The notes under the pieces: generated by a model | Told to the model about the DNA's origin: nothing | Seen by the model: only the letters and a program-made list of their open reading frames with translations | Database searches by the model: none | Shown: positions 35,139 to 50,500 of the stretch, one piece after another | How the letters are laid out: every line of letters starts with the position of its first letter | How positions within the stretch are numbered: the stretch's first letter is position 1 | Source of the DNA: Macrostomum hystrix | Taxonomy: Eukaryota; Animalia; Platyhelminthes | Reading direction: 5' to 3' | NCBI GenBank assembly: GCA_950097015.1 | Contig: CATNEN010000001.1 | Location: 11,408,001-11,472,000, forward strand | Length of the DNA stretch: 64,000 bases | Position numbers and translations under genes: made by a program

Positions 35139-37142
35139 AATCGAGTCTCAAATCCAACCTAAATCGAGTCTCAAATCCAACCTAAATCGAGTCTATAATC
35201 CAACCTAAATCGAGTCTAAAATCCAACCTAAATCGAGTCTCAAATCCAACCTAAATCGAGTCTATAATCCAACCTAAATCGAGTCTAAAATCCAACCTAA
35301 ATCGAGTCTCAAATCCAACCTAAATCGAGTCTATAATCCAACCTAAATCCAGTCTAAAATCCAACCTAAATCGAGTCTAAAATCCAACCTAAATCGTTTC
35401 TCAAATCCAACCTAAATCGTGTCTATAATCCAACCTAAATCGAGTCTAAAATCCAACCTAAATCGAGTCTCAAATCCAACCTAAATCGAGTCTATAATCC
35501 AACCTAAATCGAGTCTATAATCCAACCTAAATCCAGTCTAAAATCCAACCTAAATCGAGTCTAAAATCCAATCTAAATCGTGTCTCAAATCCAACCTAAA
35601 TCCAGTCTAAAATCCAACCTAAATCCAGTCTAAAATCCAACCTAAATCCAGTCTAAAATCCAACCTAAATCCAGTCTAAAATCCAACCTAAATCTAGTCT
35701 AAAATCCAACCTAAATCGAGTCTAAAATCCAACCTAAATCGAGTCTAAAATCCAACCTAAATCCAGTCTAAAATCCAACCTAAATCGAGTCTAAAATCCA
35801 ACCTAAATCCAGTCTAAAATCCAACCTAAATCGAGTCTAAAATCCAACCTAAATCGAGTCTCAAATCCAACCTAAATCGAGTCTAAAATCTAACCTAAAT
35901 GGAGTCTCAAATCTAACCTAAATGGAGTCTCAAATCCAACCTAAATGGAGTCTCAAATCCAACCTAAATGGAGTCTCAAATCCAACCTAAATCGAGTCTC
36001 AAATCCAACCTAAATCGTGTCTCAAATCCAACCTAAATCCAGTCTAAAATCCAACCTAAATCCAGTCTAAAATCCAACCTAAATCGTGTCTCAAATCCAA
36101 CCTAAATCGAGTCTCAAATCCAACCTAAATCGTGTCTCAAATCCAACCTAAATCGTGTCTCAAATCCAACCTAAATCGAGTCTAAAATCCAACCTAAATC
36201 GTGTCTCAAATCCAACCGAAATCGTGTCTCAAATCCAACCTAAATCGTGTCTCAAATCCAACCTAAATCGTGTCTCAAATCCAACTTAAATCGAGTCTAA
36301 AATCCAACCTAAATCGAGTCTAAAATCCAACCTAAATCGTGTCTCAAATCCAACCTAAATCGTGTCTCAAATCCAACCTAAAACGAGTCTCAAATCCAAC
36401 CTAAATCGAGTCTAAAATCTAACCTAAATCGAGTCTCAAATCCAACCTAAATCGAGTCTCAAATCCAACCTAAATCGAGTCTTAAATCCAACCTAAATTG
36501 AGTCTCAAATCCAACCTAAATCGAGTCTAAAATCCAACCTAAATCCAGTCTAAAATCCAACCTAAATCCAGTCTAAAATCCAACCTAAATCGAGTCTAAA
36601 ATCTAACCCAAATCAATTTCAAAATCCAACCTAAATTGAGTCAAAAATCCAACCTAAATCGAGTCTAAAATCCAACCTAAATCGAGTCTAAAATCCAACC
36701 TAAATCAAGTCCAAAATCCAACCTAAATCGAGTCAAAAATCCAACCTAAATCGAGTCTAAAATCCAACCTAAATCGAGTCTAAAATCCAACCCAAATCAA
36801 GTCCAAAATCCAACCTAAATTGAGTCAAAAATCCAACCTAAATCAAGTCCAAAATCCAACCTAAATTGAGTCAAAAAATCCAACCTAAATCAAGTCCAAA
36901 ATCCAACCTAAATTGAGTCAAAAAATCCAACCTAAATCAAGTCCAAAATCCAACCTAAATTGCGTCTAAAATCCAACCTAAATTGAGTAAAAAATCCAAC
37001 CTAAATCAAGTCCAAAATCCAACCTAAATTGCGTCTAAAATCCAACCTAAATTGAGTAAAAAATCCAACCTTAATCAATTCCAAAATCCAACCTAAATTG
37101 CGTCTAAAATCCAACCAAAATTGCGTCTAAAATCCAAGCTAA
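35139..37142. repeat. 23-bp minisatellite (aatcgagtctaaaatccaaccta)n
   Basis: Direct tandem periodicity. Confidence 0.95.
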
Positions 37143-37981
37143 TATGAGTTCAAAATCAAACAAGCTATATTTTTGTTTTAAACCTTGAGTTAACTACATA
37201 ATTACAAAATAAAAAGCTGATCAGTAATAGCCCGATATGTGGCGAAAAGAAACAAATTATATTTTATCTAAGATTTAGTTAGTAAAATAATTAGATCAAT
37301 GATAATAATTAATTTTATTAACAAGATCTAAAGTCACTTTCTATATCTAAAAAAATTAGTTAGGGAATCGGAATAGAGCTCACAGTCCAAGTATAACATT
37401 TATTGTTTTTATAGAAAATAAAGAATGAATTCAAAAGAAAACCCTGCAGCTAATAACAGTAGTATATATAAATAACAAAAATAGCAAATATAATTTCGCA
37501 TGAACAAAGCATAGCTTTACAGAACACAAATATATATATATATATAGACAACAAGCAATAGTGCCTTCTGCTAACTAAAACAAATAACAGTGGATTTTAG
37601 TTTTTCATTGTTCAATTAATAGTGTGTCTCTGTAGTGTTTACTCTTAGTAGCTTATGCGAATATTAATAACAATTTTATTATTATTGATAACAATAACAG
37701 TAGTGGACGTTTTTGTGACTCTAAATTGGCAAGCGAAATGTTTTACACCAAAAACTATTGTTAACAAAATATTTTAATTTGTAATAAAAAATGTACAACA
37801 ATAGAATCTTAGTTTATGAATGCATAAAAACGCATTGGACAAAGATCAGTTTTGTGCCAGTAAAACTATTTCATAATTAATGACACACTGAAGAGGTCAG
37901 TTAAAACAGATTTTTAATATTGGCTTGAGAATGACTATTACCCACAAATTTTGTGCAGAAGAATTTACCTGATTTCTTGAA

Positions 37982-38543
37982 GGTGGGGTAATGACCGGTG
38001 CTCTGAAGTATCGGTGGGGTAATGACCGGTGCTCTGAAGTATCGGTGGGGTAATGACCGGTGCTCTGAAGTATCGGTGGGGTAATGACCGGTGCCCTGAA
38101 GTATCAGTTGGGTCATGACCGGTGCCCTGAAGTATCGGTGGGGTAATGACCGGTGCCCTGAAGTATCGGTGGGGTCATGACCGGTGCCGTGAAGTATTGG
38201 TGGGGTAATGAGCGGTGCCCTGAAGTATCAGTGGGGTAATGACAAGTGCACTAAGTATTGGTGGGGTAATGACCGGTGCCCTGAAGTATCAGTTGGGTAA
38301 TGACCGGTGCCCTGAAGTATCAGTTGGATAATGACCGGTGCCCTGAAGTATCGGTGGGGTCATGACCGGTGCCGTGAAGTATCGGTGGGGTAATGACAAG
38401 TGCACTAAGTATTGGTGGGGTAATGAGCGGTGCCCTGAAGTATCAGTGCGGTAATGACAAGTGCACTAAGTATTGGTGGGGTAATGAGCGGTGCCCTGAA
38501 GTATCAGTGCGGTAATGACAAGTGCACTAAGTATTGGTGGGGT
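37982..38543. repeat. 31-bp minisatellite (ggtggggtaatgaccggtgccctgaagtatc)n
   Basis: Direct tandem periodicity. Confidence 0.93.
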
Positions 38544-39044
38544 ACTTGTAATCTATTTGGAACAAAAAACTGTTCAGCAGTACTGTCTAGCTATATAATT
38601 ATTTGATTAAGAATCAAAATAAACTGCTGCTAGCCTGATAAAATGATTTCCCAACAAGTTGACAACGATAACAGTAAAAAATAGTTATTCACAATTTGGA
38701 TCCTCAAGTCTAAGTAGTTGAAGACAGACGCGATTTAAAAGTTCAAGAGAAAACATTAATAGACGCAGTATTGTACAGAACTCAGACATCGTGAATATTT
38801 CAAGTGCAGTTTAATGCATATAATAAAAACGCGGACAAGCAACACAGAGGAATGAGGATAGAGGTCGCTAACACATAAGGGCCCGTACGCAATTGTGTAA
38901 ATATTTAAGGAAACACAATATAATATAGTTATATATCATTATTAACAATACAAAACAGTAGTTATGGCACACAAGACAGTAGAATATTGATTCTTATCGA
39001 ATAAGAATACAAAACAGTTTTGCTAACTAGAAACAAACACGTGT

Positions 39045-40516
39045 TCAGGTGCTAAGCAGTCGTTCAAGAAGGCCACCTGCGTTTCCGCCGCTGCCACCGC
39101 CTGAAGACGATGATGATCGTCCAATTGAAGGCGGCTGTTGTTGCTGTTGCTGTTGCTGCTGCTGTTGCGGCAACTGCGGCGACTGCTGCTGCTGCTGCGG
39201 ATGCTGATGCTGGTGCTGGTGCTGGTGCTGCTGCGGATGAACATGATGCAGATGATGCTGATGATGATGCTGATGCATCAGTGGAGTTGCGGAGCCATTG
39301 CTGCCACTGCCGCTGCCATCGTCGGGAGTCCTAGCTGGAGTTGTTGAATCTGGCGCGCTCTGATGCCGACTGTGAAGCAACAGCTGCTGCTGCTGCTGAT
39401 GGTGGTGATGGTGCTGGTGCTGGTGCGGATGATGATGGTGATGAACATGATGGTGATGATGCTGATGCTGAGGAGTGGTCGGAGTGGCTGGGTTTCCAGC
39501 AGACAGGGCCGGGCTTGGCTGCTGATGCTGGTGCTGCCGCGAGCTCAGCAAGGCGTCCATTGGGGAGCCAACAGCAAAGGCAGCTGGCGACAGAAAAGGG
39601 GACTGCTGCTGCTGCTGCTGCTGCTGGTGATGATGATGCTGGAGCTGCTGAGAACTGTTGCTTCGACGAGCGGTAGCGCTGGAGGATCCTGGGGAATCGG
39701 CGATCACTGACAGAGGCGACGGTGGCTGAACCTGCTGGCGGCGAGAATTGGCTGCGGTGGAGAACGGCTGTTGCTGCGGCTGTTGCTGTTGCTGGAGGCG
39801 TTGAGACAACGGCGGCATTTGCGGCGGAGGTAGCTGGGGCGGCGGCGGCGGCGGAGGCTGAGGGCCGTGCTGGGCCTCCATGTCTAGGATGATGTCGAGC
39901 ACTTCCGGCGGCAGAACCTGGCTTGACGGTGACGGTGGGGCCACGACAGACAGCTGATTCGGTGGCGGCTGCTGCTGCTGCTGCAATTGCTGCTGATGCG
40001 GGTGCTGATGATGCAGCATCGACATGTGCTGCTGCTGCTGAGGTGACAGCATCTGTATTGACATTTGCTGCTGCTGCTGCTGCTGCTGCTGAATCTGATG
40101 CTGATTCATCTGAGACGGTTGATGATGTTGCGACGCCATCGAGTGTGGCGGAGGAGGCGGCGGCGGTGGCGGCGGTGGCGGCCGCAGGGAGTGCTGAGGC
40201 GACATCAAATGCAGCGGCAGTTGCAAGCCCACATTACCAGACGATGAAGTAGTCGCAGTGCTAGTTGATAGCATAGCGCTAGACATAGTGGATCGGGGTT
40301 GCTGCTGCTGCTGCTGCTGCATCTGCAGCTGCTGATGGTGGTGTTCACCAGGCGATCGGTTCACAATCTTCTGGCGCAGTTCACTCTTGATCATTTCTCT
40401 ATTGCTGGTTGGCATTGGGGCAGACGATGCGGCTGAGGAAGCTGGAGGGCCGCTAAATACAATGGCTGGAGGCGCGGCAGTGACCTGCTGATGCTGCTGC
40501 TGCTGTTGCTGCCACC

Positions 40517-40550
<34 letters not shown>

Positions 40551-40897
40551 TTGCTGCTGCAGCGGATAAGGCGGTGGAGGAGGTGCTGTCTGCTGTAGTT
40601 GCTGCAGTTGCTGTTGCTGCTGCTGTTGCTGAAGCTTGACGTTGGGTGGCACAGGGTACTCTCGCATCTGAGTAGAAAATGGAACATTGGATCGATAGAG
40701 CTGAGGCGAAGCGGGCGGTTGCTGCTGCTGTCGCGATGTCATTGGCGAGACGGGAGCAAACTGCCTTTGCTGCTGCTGCTGCTGCTGCTGCTGCATTTGC
40801 TGTTGGTGCGACAATTCCGTTTCTTTTTTTAACTGATCGGCAAAAATTTTAACAGCCTCTGGATTTGCAGCCCAATTGTTGTTAGTGACAACCGAAG

Positions 40898-40935
<38 letters not shown>

Positions 40936-41464
40936 GACAGAAGGTTCTGCCTTAGACTGGCAGGTTGATGACTGACGGCAGTTCTGCTATCAGGCATAAA
41001 TGTGCTATTTAACTGGGCCATGACGTACTCATCAGCGGCAATTAGATCGCGACTAGCGCCAGACACCGGAGCCGAGGTAGCTAAGGCGGAGCCTTGAACA
41101 CTGCTGTCGCGTCCGTTAATGCTGTCTAAAAACTGGCTGATAATTTCCAATTCGTTACTATCCGAGTTGCTGGACTGCGTAGTCAGGGAAGGCTTCACTG
41201 CCTGCTGCTGCGGCTGCTGCTGCTGCTGTTGCTGCTGCATAGGCGCAATCTCCGGAATGGTTGAAGTCAACGAACTCGGCTCATTGTTAAGCAGATCGGC
41301 CAGCATTTTATTGCGCATGAGTATATTCTGGCCGATGGTGGCGGCATCGCTGCCTCCGGTGGCGCTCGAGCCCGGCTCGTATTTTATAGACTTCCTGGGC
41401 GGCCTGCCGCCACCGTCGGTGCTGCTGTCCGGATTGCCGCGATCTGACGGCTGCCGCTTTCGCT

Positions 41465-41504
<40 letters not shown>

Positions 41505-44500
41505 ATTTATCAGAATCTGATTTGACGATGTTGAACTATTTGATGGTGGACCGCCGCAGCCGCCAACCGAAGTTGGCTCGCTAAAATATGAATTCAACGG
41601 ATCGTCATCTAGCAGTGAGGAGGCCTGCTGAGCGGAGCAGCTGTTGTTGCCTCCGCCGCCGCTGTCAACGGCGCTGATGAGGCCGAGAATACAGCTGCCA
41701 AGCTCAGCGTTAGCTGCCTGGCCGCCTGGAGTAGTTGACGTCACCTGTTCGGATTTGCTGCTCTGCTGAGACTCCTTATTGCGCAGCATCGCCTGCGGGA
41801 TTAAAGGTGTGAATTTTTGCTGTAGGTCGGGGGTTCGAATCTGTAGATAGGCAAGTCAGATGTGCAAAACCTGAAGGTGCGCGCGCTCAGGAACCAGCGC
41901 AATTATTTCTAAATAAAGCCTCAAAACCCTTTGCTTTCTAGCGATTTGTTATAATCTATTATAAAGCCGATATGTTTAGAAAAATCTATATTTGTTTTTT
42001 TTTCCGAAAAGATGATTACTTTGTGCCATTAGAACATGCTATTACACAGAATATACTGACGCAGCTAGATCCGATGAAGCGTATGGAAAAAGCCTGAAAA
42101 TGAATGACTAAAGCAACAGCGCCAAACCAATTCTCTGCTTCTTTTGCTGCTTTTGAGGAAGAGGGAAGTAAAAAATGAAGGATGGGAGCCACACCCACAC
42201 ACACAGTGCATAGCCTGTATATAGCAGTCAGGTCGATCTTATAATTAGGCTTCCTAGTCTGTTGAGTATCATGACGCACTTAAAATAATCGATGCTTATG
42301 ACTGCATGCTCCGTGTGACTCGAGGATTGAGACTATACGGATTTTTATAGAATATAAGATAATTTTATCAAGTGCAATCAGGTGATTAATCCTTGTTAGC
42401 TGTATAGCAACAGGTGCATAATTTGATACAGGTCTCCGATAGCTTCTTGCTGAATAGACAATTTAGTAAACAAATCCGTGCTTAGTAATTGATAGCTAGC
42501 TTAATAAGGAAATGCGTTAGGTAAATGAATCAAAGCTAATTAGGTAAATAGAGAGTTAGGACGCTAAATGAGGAGTTCAAAAATGGAATAATAAGATTGC
42601 GTAAGTAAATAGAAAGCTTGATAAATTACGATGTTTAGAGTCGAGTAAGTAGATTTAGAGTTGGGTAAGTAGATTTGAAGTTGGGTAAGTAGATTTGGAG
42701 TTGGGTAAGTAGATTTGAAGTTGGGTAAGTAGATTTGGAATTGGGTAAGTAGATTTGGAGTTGGGTAAGTAGATTTGGAATTGGGTAAGTAGATTTGGAG
42801 TTGGGTAAGTAGATTTGGAATTGGGTAAGTAGATTTGGAGTTGGGTAAGTAGATTTGGAGTTGGGTAAGTAGATTTGGAATTGGGTAAGTAGATTTGGAG
42901 TTGGGTAAGTAGATTTGGAATTGGGTAAGTAGATTTGGAGTTGGGTAAGTAGATTTGGAATTGGGTAAGTAGATTTGGAGTTGGGTAAGTAGATTTGGAA
43001 TTGGGTAAGTAGATTTGGAGTTGGGTAAGTAGATTTGGAATTGGGTAAGTAGATTAAGAGTTGGGAAAGTAGATTTCAAATTGGGTATTGAAATGGAAGA
43101 GCGGCCCTTGTAAGTTTCTATTTGAGATGCATCTCAAACGAATTCACATGAATTCATATATCAGCTGTGAATCAATGGTTTTAGTCTGCCGAGCAGTAGC
43201 TACATATAATTTTATAAATAATTTAATCAGGTAGACACGCAAGAAAAGAAATGATTATTTGTCTCCAAGCTATTTGATTCTGATTTTAGTTTGGGATTAT
43301 CCAGAAAGAAAATGATGCAAATTGAATAAAAAAACTGACGCAACTTTCACATTTTTGTGTCACGGAAAGATTAATAAAGAAAAAAACGCGGCAGAAAATT
43401 TCCCCAAAGATTTGGATTAATTATGGGGCATCAAAGAACAACGATCGCGTTCTCACCTGGAACGACTGACGATTTTTAGTAACCGTATTGGAATGAGCGC
43501 TCGGACCATTCAGCAGCTCCATCAGCAGAGAGCCTTGCTGCTGACGCCTTTGTTGTTGCTGCTGCTGCTGCTGTAGCGGCAGCTGCTGCTGGCTGTAGGA
43601 CTTCTGATCGTCTAACAATGGCAGGCCAGTGTCGCTGGTGGTGCTCTGCGGAATCTCTGGCGGACTCTTGCCGGGTCCGGGCTCGGGCGACCGCGCATTG
43701 GCGTTCGGACTGCGAGCCAAGCCTGCCGCGGCCGCGGCTGCGGTGGCAGACGATGTCGAGCCAACAGGCGACTGCTGCTGATACTGCGGCTGAGGATAAG
43801 GTCCAGAGCCGGTGGGAGTTGTAGACGGTGTAGTGGCAAGTATTCTACGCTCAACATTGGCTTCAGTCAGTTGGTTCATAAATTTATCGTGGCCACCGAA
43901 GTGCGGCTTCCAGATGTCCATCATTTTGCTGCGTATCTCGGTGGCCTTCTCCGGGTTTGGTTGGCGAGAGAAATTGCGATACATCACGCCCAGGTTGATC
44001 AGGGTCTGACGCTCGCGATCGTCAAGGTTGGCCAGCACCTGCGAGATGCACGTGTACAAAATGCTTTGTCACCTTCTGAGCTGAACTTCCTGCTATTCAG
44101 TCTAATCCCGTCTTCTCCTGCATCAGCATTTTCCATAATTTAAATCCCTAAATCTCCATAAATCTAATTTTGAAAATCTGTAGAAATGCTTTTTTACCTG
44201 TTGTTTAATATCGTTTCGCTGTTGTTGCTGCTGTTGCTGCTGCTGAGACTGGGGCTGTGAATTCAGGACATTGTGTAGGTAGCCCTGCTGCGGCTGCTGC
44301 TGCTGCGGCTGCTGCTGCTGTTGCTGTACAGACGATGATCTACTGTAGGGAGGCGCTGCTAAGCCGGGCAGTCTGTAACCAGTCTGCTGCTGCTGCTGCT
44401 GCTGACTGTGAGAATTAAACCGACCAGGTCCCGCGCCCGGACTAGGGCTGGCCAACGATGGCGACGGTAGATTGCTGCCGCCGGCGCCAGAGTAAACAGA

Positions 44501-47500
44501 AGCCGACTGCTGTCGAGACATCGGCGCCTGATAATGATTAGGAATCTGTTGAGCGGCTGCGGCAGCCAGCGGACTCTGCTGCACCGCCTGTGTCTGTTCG
44601 CTGAGACCCAGAAAGGCTTCCAAATCAGGCGGCAAAGTCGCCTGACAGTCTGGCACCGATGCTGAACTAGCGGATCCAACAGCCGGTGACATCAGTGCCA
44701 GCTGAGACTGGCTAGTGCTGCTCGAATTCATGGACGTCATCAGGCCGACGCCGGAGATGCTCGACGCTGAAGCTGCCGAAGAGGCGGCTGCCGCGGCTGC
44801 GCCTGAAGGTGTCGCAGCAGCGTGCATGCGTTTCACCAGGCTGCCGGATGCGTTGCCCTTCAGTTCGGCGTCTGATTCGCAGATTCTGCGAGGCAAAAAT
44901 AAATTTTAAGCGCATTTTATTGGGCGGGATTCATTTACCCCCCCCATAAAGCAGCCCTCTAATTTCATAATAAGCCAGCCTCCTACGATCCTATAATAAG
45001 CGAGCTTCTCTTACCGAGTTTTAGTCACTAATTTATAAACTAAAGGTGCTTGCTCACCTTGATTTCCACCCGACTCTTGCGCACAGCTACGCTATCCTTC
45101 TTGCGTCATTCCTTTGGAAACTATTTGTTTATGTCGGTTCATATCCGATATTTTTGTATGTAGCACCACTTTTTTATCCCCAATATATCCCACTTTTTAT
45201 CTCTTATTCATCACACCAATTATCCCACTTCCTGATCCCATTTCTGATCCCACCTTCTGATCTCCTATTTATCCCACTTTTTGATCTCCGATTTATCACA
45301 TTTTCTGATCTCCTACTTATCCCACTTTCTCATCCATAATTCATCCCACTTTTATATATGTTATCTTTCTCACTTTTTCATCCCAATTTATCCCACTTTC
45401 TTATCCCTAATTTATCCCACTTTCTCATCCCTATTTATCCCACTTTCTTATCCCTTATTTATCCCACTTTTTCATCCCTTATTTATCCCACATTCTCATC
45501 CCTTACTTATCCCACTTTCTCATCCCTTACTTATCCCACTTTATCATCCCTAATTTATCCCACTTTCTCATCTCTTATTTGTCCCACTTTCTCATCCCTT
45601 GTCTATCCCACTTTCTCATCCCTTATTTATCCAAATTTCTTATCACTTATTTATCCCACTTTCCCATCCCTAATTTATCCCACTTTCTCATCCATTATTT
45701 ATCGCACTTTCTCATCCCTAATTAATCCCACTTTCTCATCCCTTATCAACCCAAATTTCTCATCCCTTGTCTATCCCACTTTCTTATCCATTATTTATCC
45801 TACTTTCTTATCCATTATTTATCCCACTTTCTTATCCATTATTTATCCCACTTTCTTATCCATTATTTATCCTACTTTCTTATCCATTATTTATCCCACT
45901 TTCTTATCCATTATTTATCCCACTTTCTTATCCATTTTTTGCCCTACTTTCTCATCCCTTTTTATCCAAATTTCTCATCCCTTATTTATCCTACTTTCTC
46001 ATCCCTTATTTATCCCACTTTCTCATCCCTAATTTATCCCATCTTCTCATCCCTTATTTATCCTACTTTCTCATTCCTTATTTATCCCACTTTCTCATCC
46101 CTCATAAATTTCACTCTATTATCTGCATCTAATCAGAATGAGGCAAACAGTAGGCATGTTTAAATAAAAGCAAAGACGACTGTCACGCACCTGACGATGC
46201 AATGCGTGGAGGCGAACGTAGGCTTGCTACCGTCCGGTGTTAGCTTGCTGCGCGTCTTCAAGAAGGCGTATTTGCCTTCACTAACCTTGCAGCGATACAC
46301 CGCACTGGAGGGGTCACTGCGGTTGGACCCTTGACGAAGCGGAGAGATGAATTAGGATTAGCGGTAGAGTGAGGCCACTTGGGGCTATTTATTGCTTATG
46401 TTTCATTTCAGTCAAGAAGAACTACTTTTGAACTGGAAATTACGCCCCGCTGTTAGCTTGGAATCAATGGAAACTTTCAATTCCGGAAAGACGCAGATAT
46501 TTCTACTGCGAATAAAACTACAAGAGGAAAGCAATTTGTTCAATTTGAAATCGGTTTCCGTTCCTGGTCCGATAATACTTGCCATAATTCCTCATTTTAG
46601 CTACACATTTAACTACCCTGTTTTTACTAAACTTTAGACAGAATAACTTTGCTTTAATAACAACTGGCCCCCAATGTAACTCGGAAGAGTCAGAGAGTAG
46701 AAACCAACACCAAATGATGAGACGCATGACATCACGACCTATTTTTACCTTATGAATTAATCACCGACTCATGACTCAATAACGGACCCATGACCCAACC
46801 AATGACCAAATCTATAATCCGTGATCCATAATCTGACCAATAAACCAATCTCTGACCCGTGACCCAATCTCTCTCACCCATGATCAAATCTCTGACCCAT
46901 GAACCAATCTCTCTGACCCGTGACCCAATCTCTCTCACCCATGACCAAATCTCTGACCCATGAACCAATCTCTCTGACCCGTGACCCAATCTCTCTGACC
47001 CGTGACCCAATCTCTCTGACCCGTGACCCAATCTCTCTCACCCATGACCAAATCTCTGACCAATAAACCAATCTCTGACCCGTGACCCAATCTCTCTGAC
47101 CCGTGACCTAATCTCTCTGATCCGTGACCCAATCTCTTTGATCCGTGACCCAATCTCTTTGACCCGTGACCCAACTCTCTGACGCGTGACCGAATATCTC
47201 TGACCCATGGCTTCATATCTGACACATAGACCTGATTCCTGAAGCTGTCATACTCAGTTGAGCATAGTTACTAGTATATAAACTATGATTATGTTCTAAA
47301 TAACAATATTAAAATCATGTTAAATGACAATACTTACCAATATCGTCCACATGCTTCTGCCAGATTGGCTTATCAGAGGCAAGCACCAAATCCGACCAGT
47401 TTTTGTTAACAAAGAATTTCGAAGAGATAACGTCAGGCCTTCCTAGATTATTGCTGAAAGTGTTGTGTTTTGGTTGGTTGCTTGCTTCTTGTTGTTGCTG

Positions 47501-50500
47501 CTGCTGTTTTTTATTTCGATTGGTAATTCATTCTATATCTAAGTCTTTTAAAACTAGAACAAATATAAAAAAATATAGTAAGTTATTGCCGCAGGCTTAA
47601 GTGTGTCGTTTTTAAACAAATTGTTATTTAAATCGAGTCAGGGGGGTGGGGTTGGGCATTACTTTAAAAAACGCGTCCAATATTGTGCAGCCAAATTGTG
47701 CTAGGTTTAGAGAGGAGGGGGGCAATGAGAGAGCGAATAGGAGAGAAAAATGCAAAATAGCAAACGAGAGAGACAGACAGGGACGGAGAGCGGCACCCCT
47801 CCTCAGTATCTGTATGTATGCGTGCAGATAGACAGAAGGCATTAAGGCCTGGAACGCGTAGTTTGGCCTGGCGGCAGCAGCAGCAGCAGCAGCGTGCATT
47901 ATTATATATACATATACATATGTGTGTGTGTGTGTGTGTGTGTCAATGTGCGCAGACGCACACACATTATTCGCCCTAAAAATTCAGTTGTAGAAGTTGG
48001 AAGAGCAGATAGGGAGAGGGAGAGAGAGAGAGAAATGAGGGTAGGCGGGCATTGGACTAGGGTGAACAGCTATCTCGCTCTCGCCGTGTCCCGCTCACCT
48101 CCTCAGTAGGTCTATCTAAGGACACCATGGCGAGTAGAAGCCATAGGCAAGAGCTAGGGGTAAGAGAGACGGTCGAGAGGGGAGGGGGTGTTGCATGGGC
48201 GCTGGACTATAGGAACAGTGAAGAGTCGGCATACTATTTTCCTACTATTAAAGCAGAAAGTATAGACGGGAAGAGACGGGGGATTTAGCGGAGGGTGGGG
48301 GCGGTTGGTAAGCTGCGATGCACATGACCAGGAAATACCCTGGCTGCACTTACAACACTCCCACACACACTCACACTAAAACTGCCTATGCTTCTTCTAT
48401 TTCATTTTTCGTGCTAATTTTTTTGTTTCTTGTCCTCTTTTTTTCACTAAGAAATTGCACAATTTCGGGCCTCCATTCTAGGGTTGCGTTTAGGCCTAAC
48501 AAGACAAGTTAAAGACAATTTTCTCATAGGCACATAGACCGAGATAATAAAAAGCTAGCAATAGACAGAGAGGGGCACATTGAGATTCGCGCCGCATGGT
48601 TGAATTCAGACCAAAATTCTGAAAAAAAAGAAGAATAATGAAAGAAATATTCAGTGAAAGAAATGTTAGTAATAATGCATGCAAGCATTCGTGCACGCCT
48701 GGCCTGCCGGCATTTGGATAGGAAGCACAGGAGAGAATAGGAGGAGTTCAATGCCTACTAGGCCAGCCAGCAGAAATTGTATTTGAATTTCTGCTGCCGC
48801 CGCTGCCGCTGCTGCTGCTGCTGCTGCTTTTGCAGCGGCTACATTGCCAATAGTTTAGAGAAATACAAAGAGGAGAGAACTAGAGATAGATATATATATG
48901 TGTGCCTACCCCGTCTGTTCGTGCCAATATGCCAGTGTAGTGTTTGTGAAATGCTAGAATTAATGTAGCACAATTAATAATAGGTCTGCGATTGTCGCTC
49001 TACCCAACGCTTACAATACACAATGGTCAACTACTTTCTGTTCCAATTAAAACAGGACTTGCCCACTAGCTTCGCTGCTATTAACTGGGACAGGTCTAGG
49101 AACAGAACAGATGGTTACTATAAGGCTAACCCAGTTAAATACAAAGCCTTAAAGATCAAATTGCACATCGTTCACCATTGGTTGCCAGAAGCTTGGTGGA
49201 TTAACGCGCGTGTTTATTGCATCTCCTTTTTAGTGGCTTTAAATAATTATATTTTATTGCTATGATTTAAATCATTTTTTGGAGAAAAAAACTGATATTT
49301 TAAATATCCACTGCTTGCTCTTTTTAAGCAGATATTACTGATTAGCGTTTTTTTAAACCCAGACAAATGCGTTCTTATCTATTTTGTTTCAATTGATTTA
49401 ATGAAACCTTTTAATTAATTAAATCGTTTAACCAAATTCCTGCATATCCCAATCAGGGACTACTATAAATAATCAATTGCAAAAAGGAGCTAAATTTCAT
49501 TTTCAGCTGCGGTATATGTGGACAGACGATATAATCTGAATCACAACATTAATTCTGAATCATGACCTTAATCTGAATCATGACACTCAATCTGAATCAT
49601 GACACTCAATCTGAATCATGACACTCAATCTGAATCATGACACTGAATCTGAATCATGACACTGAATCTGAATCATGACCTTAATCTGAATCATGACACC
49701 CAATCTGAATCATGACACTCAATCTGAATCATGACCTGAATCCGAATCGTGACACTCAATCTGAATCATGACACTGAATCTGAATCATGACCTTAATCTG
49801 AATCATGACACCCAATCTGAATCATGACACTCAATCTGAATCATGACCTGAATCCGAATCGTGACACTCAATCTGAATCATGACACTCAATCTGAATCAT
49901 GACACTGAATCTGAATCATGACCTGAATCTGAATCATGACACTCAATCTGAATCATGACCTGAATCTGAATCATGACCTGAATCTGAATCATGACCTGAA
50001 TCTGAATCATGACCTGAATCTGAATCATGACCTGAATATGAATCATGACCTGAATATGAATCATGACCTTAATCTGAATCATGACCTTAATCTGAATCAT
50101 GACCTGAATATGAATCATGACACTCAATCTGAATCATGACCTGAATATGAATCATGACCTGAATATGAATCATGACCTGAATATGAATCATGACCTGAAT
50201 CTGAATCATGACACTCAATCTGAATCATGACACTCAATCTGAATCATGACACTCAATCTGAATCATGACACTCAATCTGAATCATGACACTCAATCTGAA
50301 TCATGACCTGAATCTGAATCATGACACTCAATCTGAATCATGACACTCAATCTGAATCATGACACTCAATCTGAATCATGACCTGAATCCGAATCGTGAC
50401 ACTGAATCTGAATTATGACACAGAAATTGAGGCAAATTTCTTGCTTAATTTTGAAATCGAGTCAGCTAGTCGTCAGGAGTCGCAGGTGTTTTTAGATGTC

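Noticed and set aside
41825-41845. tRNA T-loop/B-box-like ggttcgaatc
   Set aside because: The T-stem does not pair and there is no cloverleaf; it overlaps the NCOA acceptor region.
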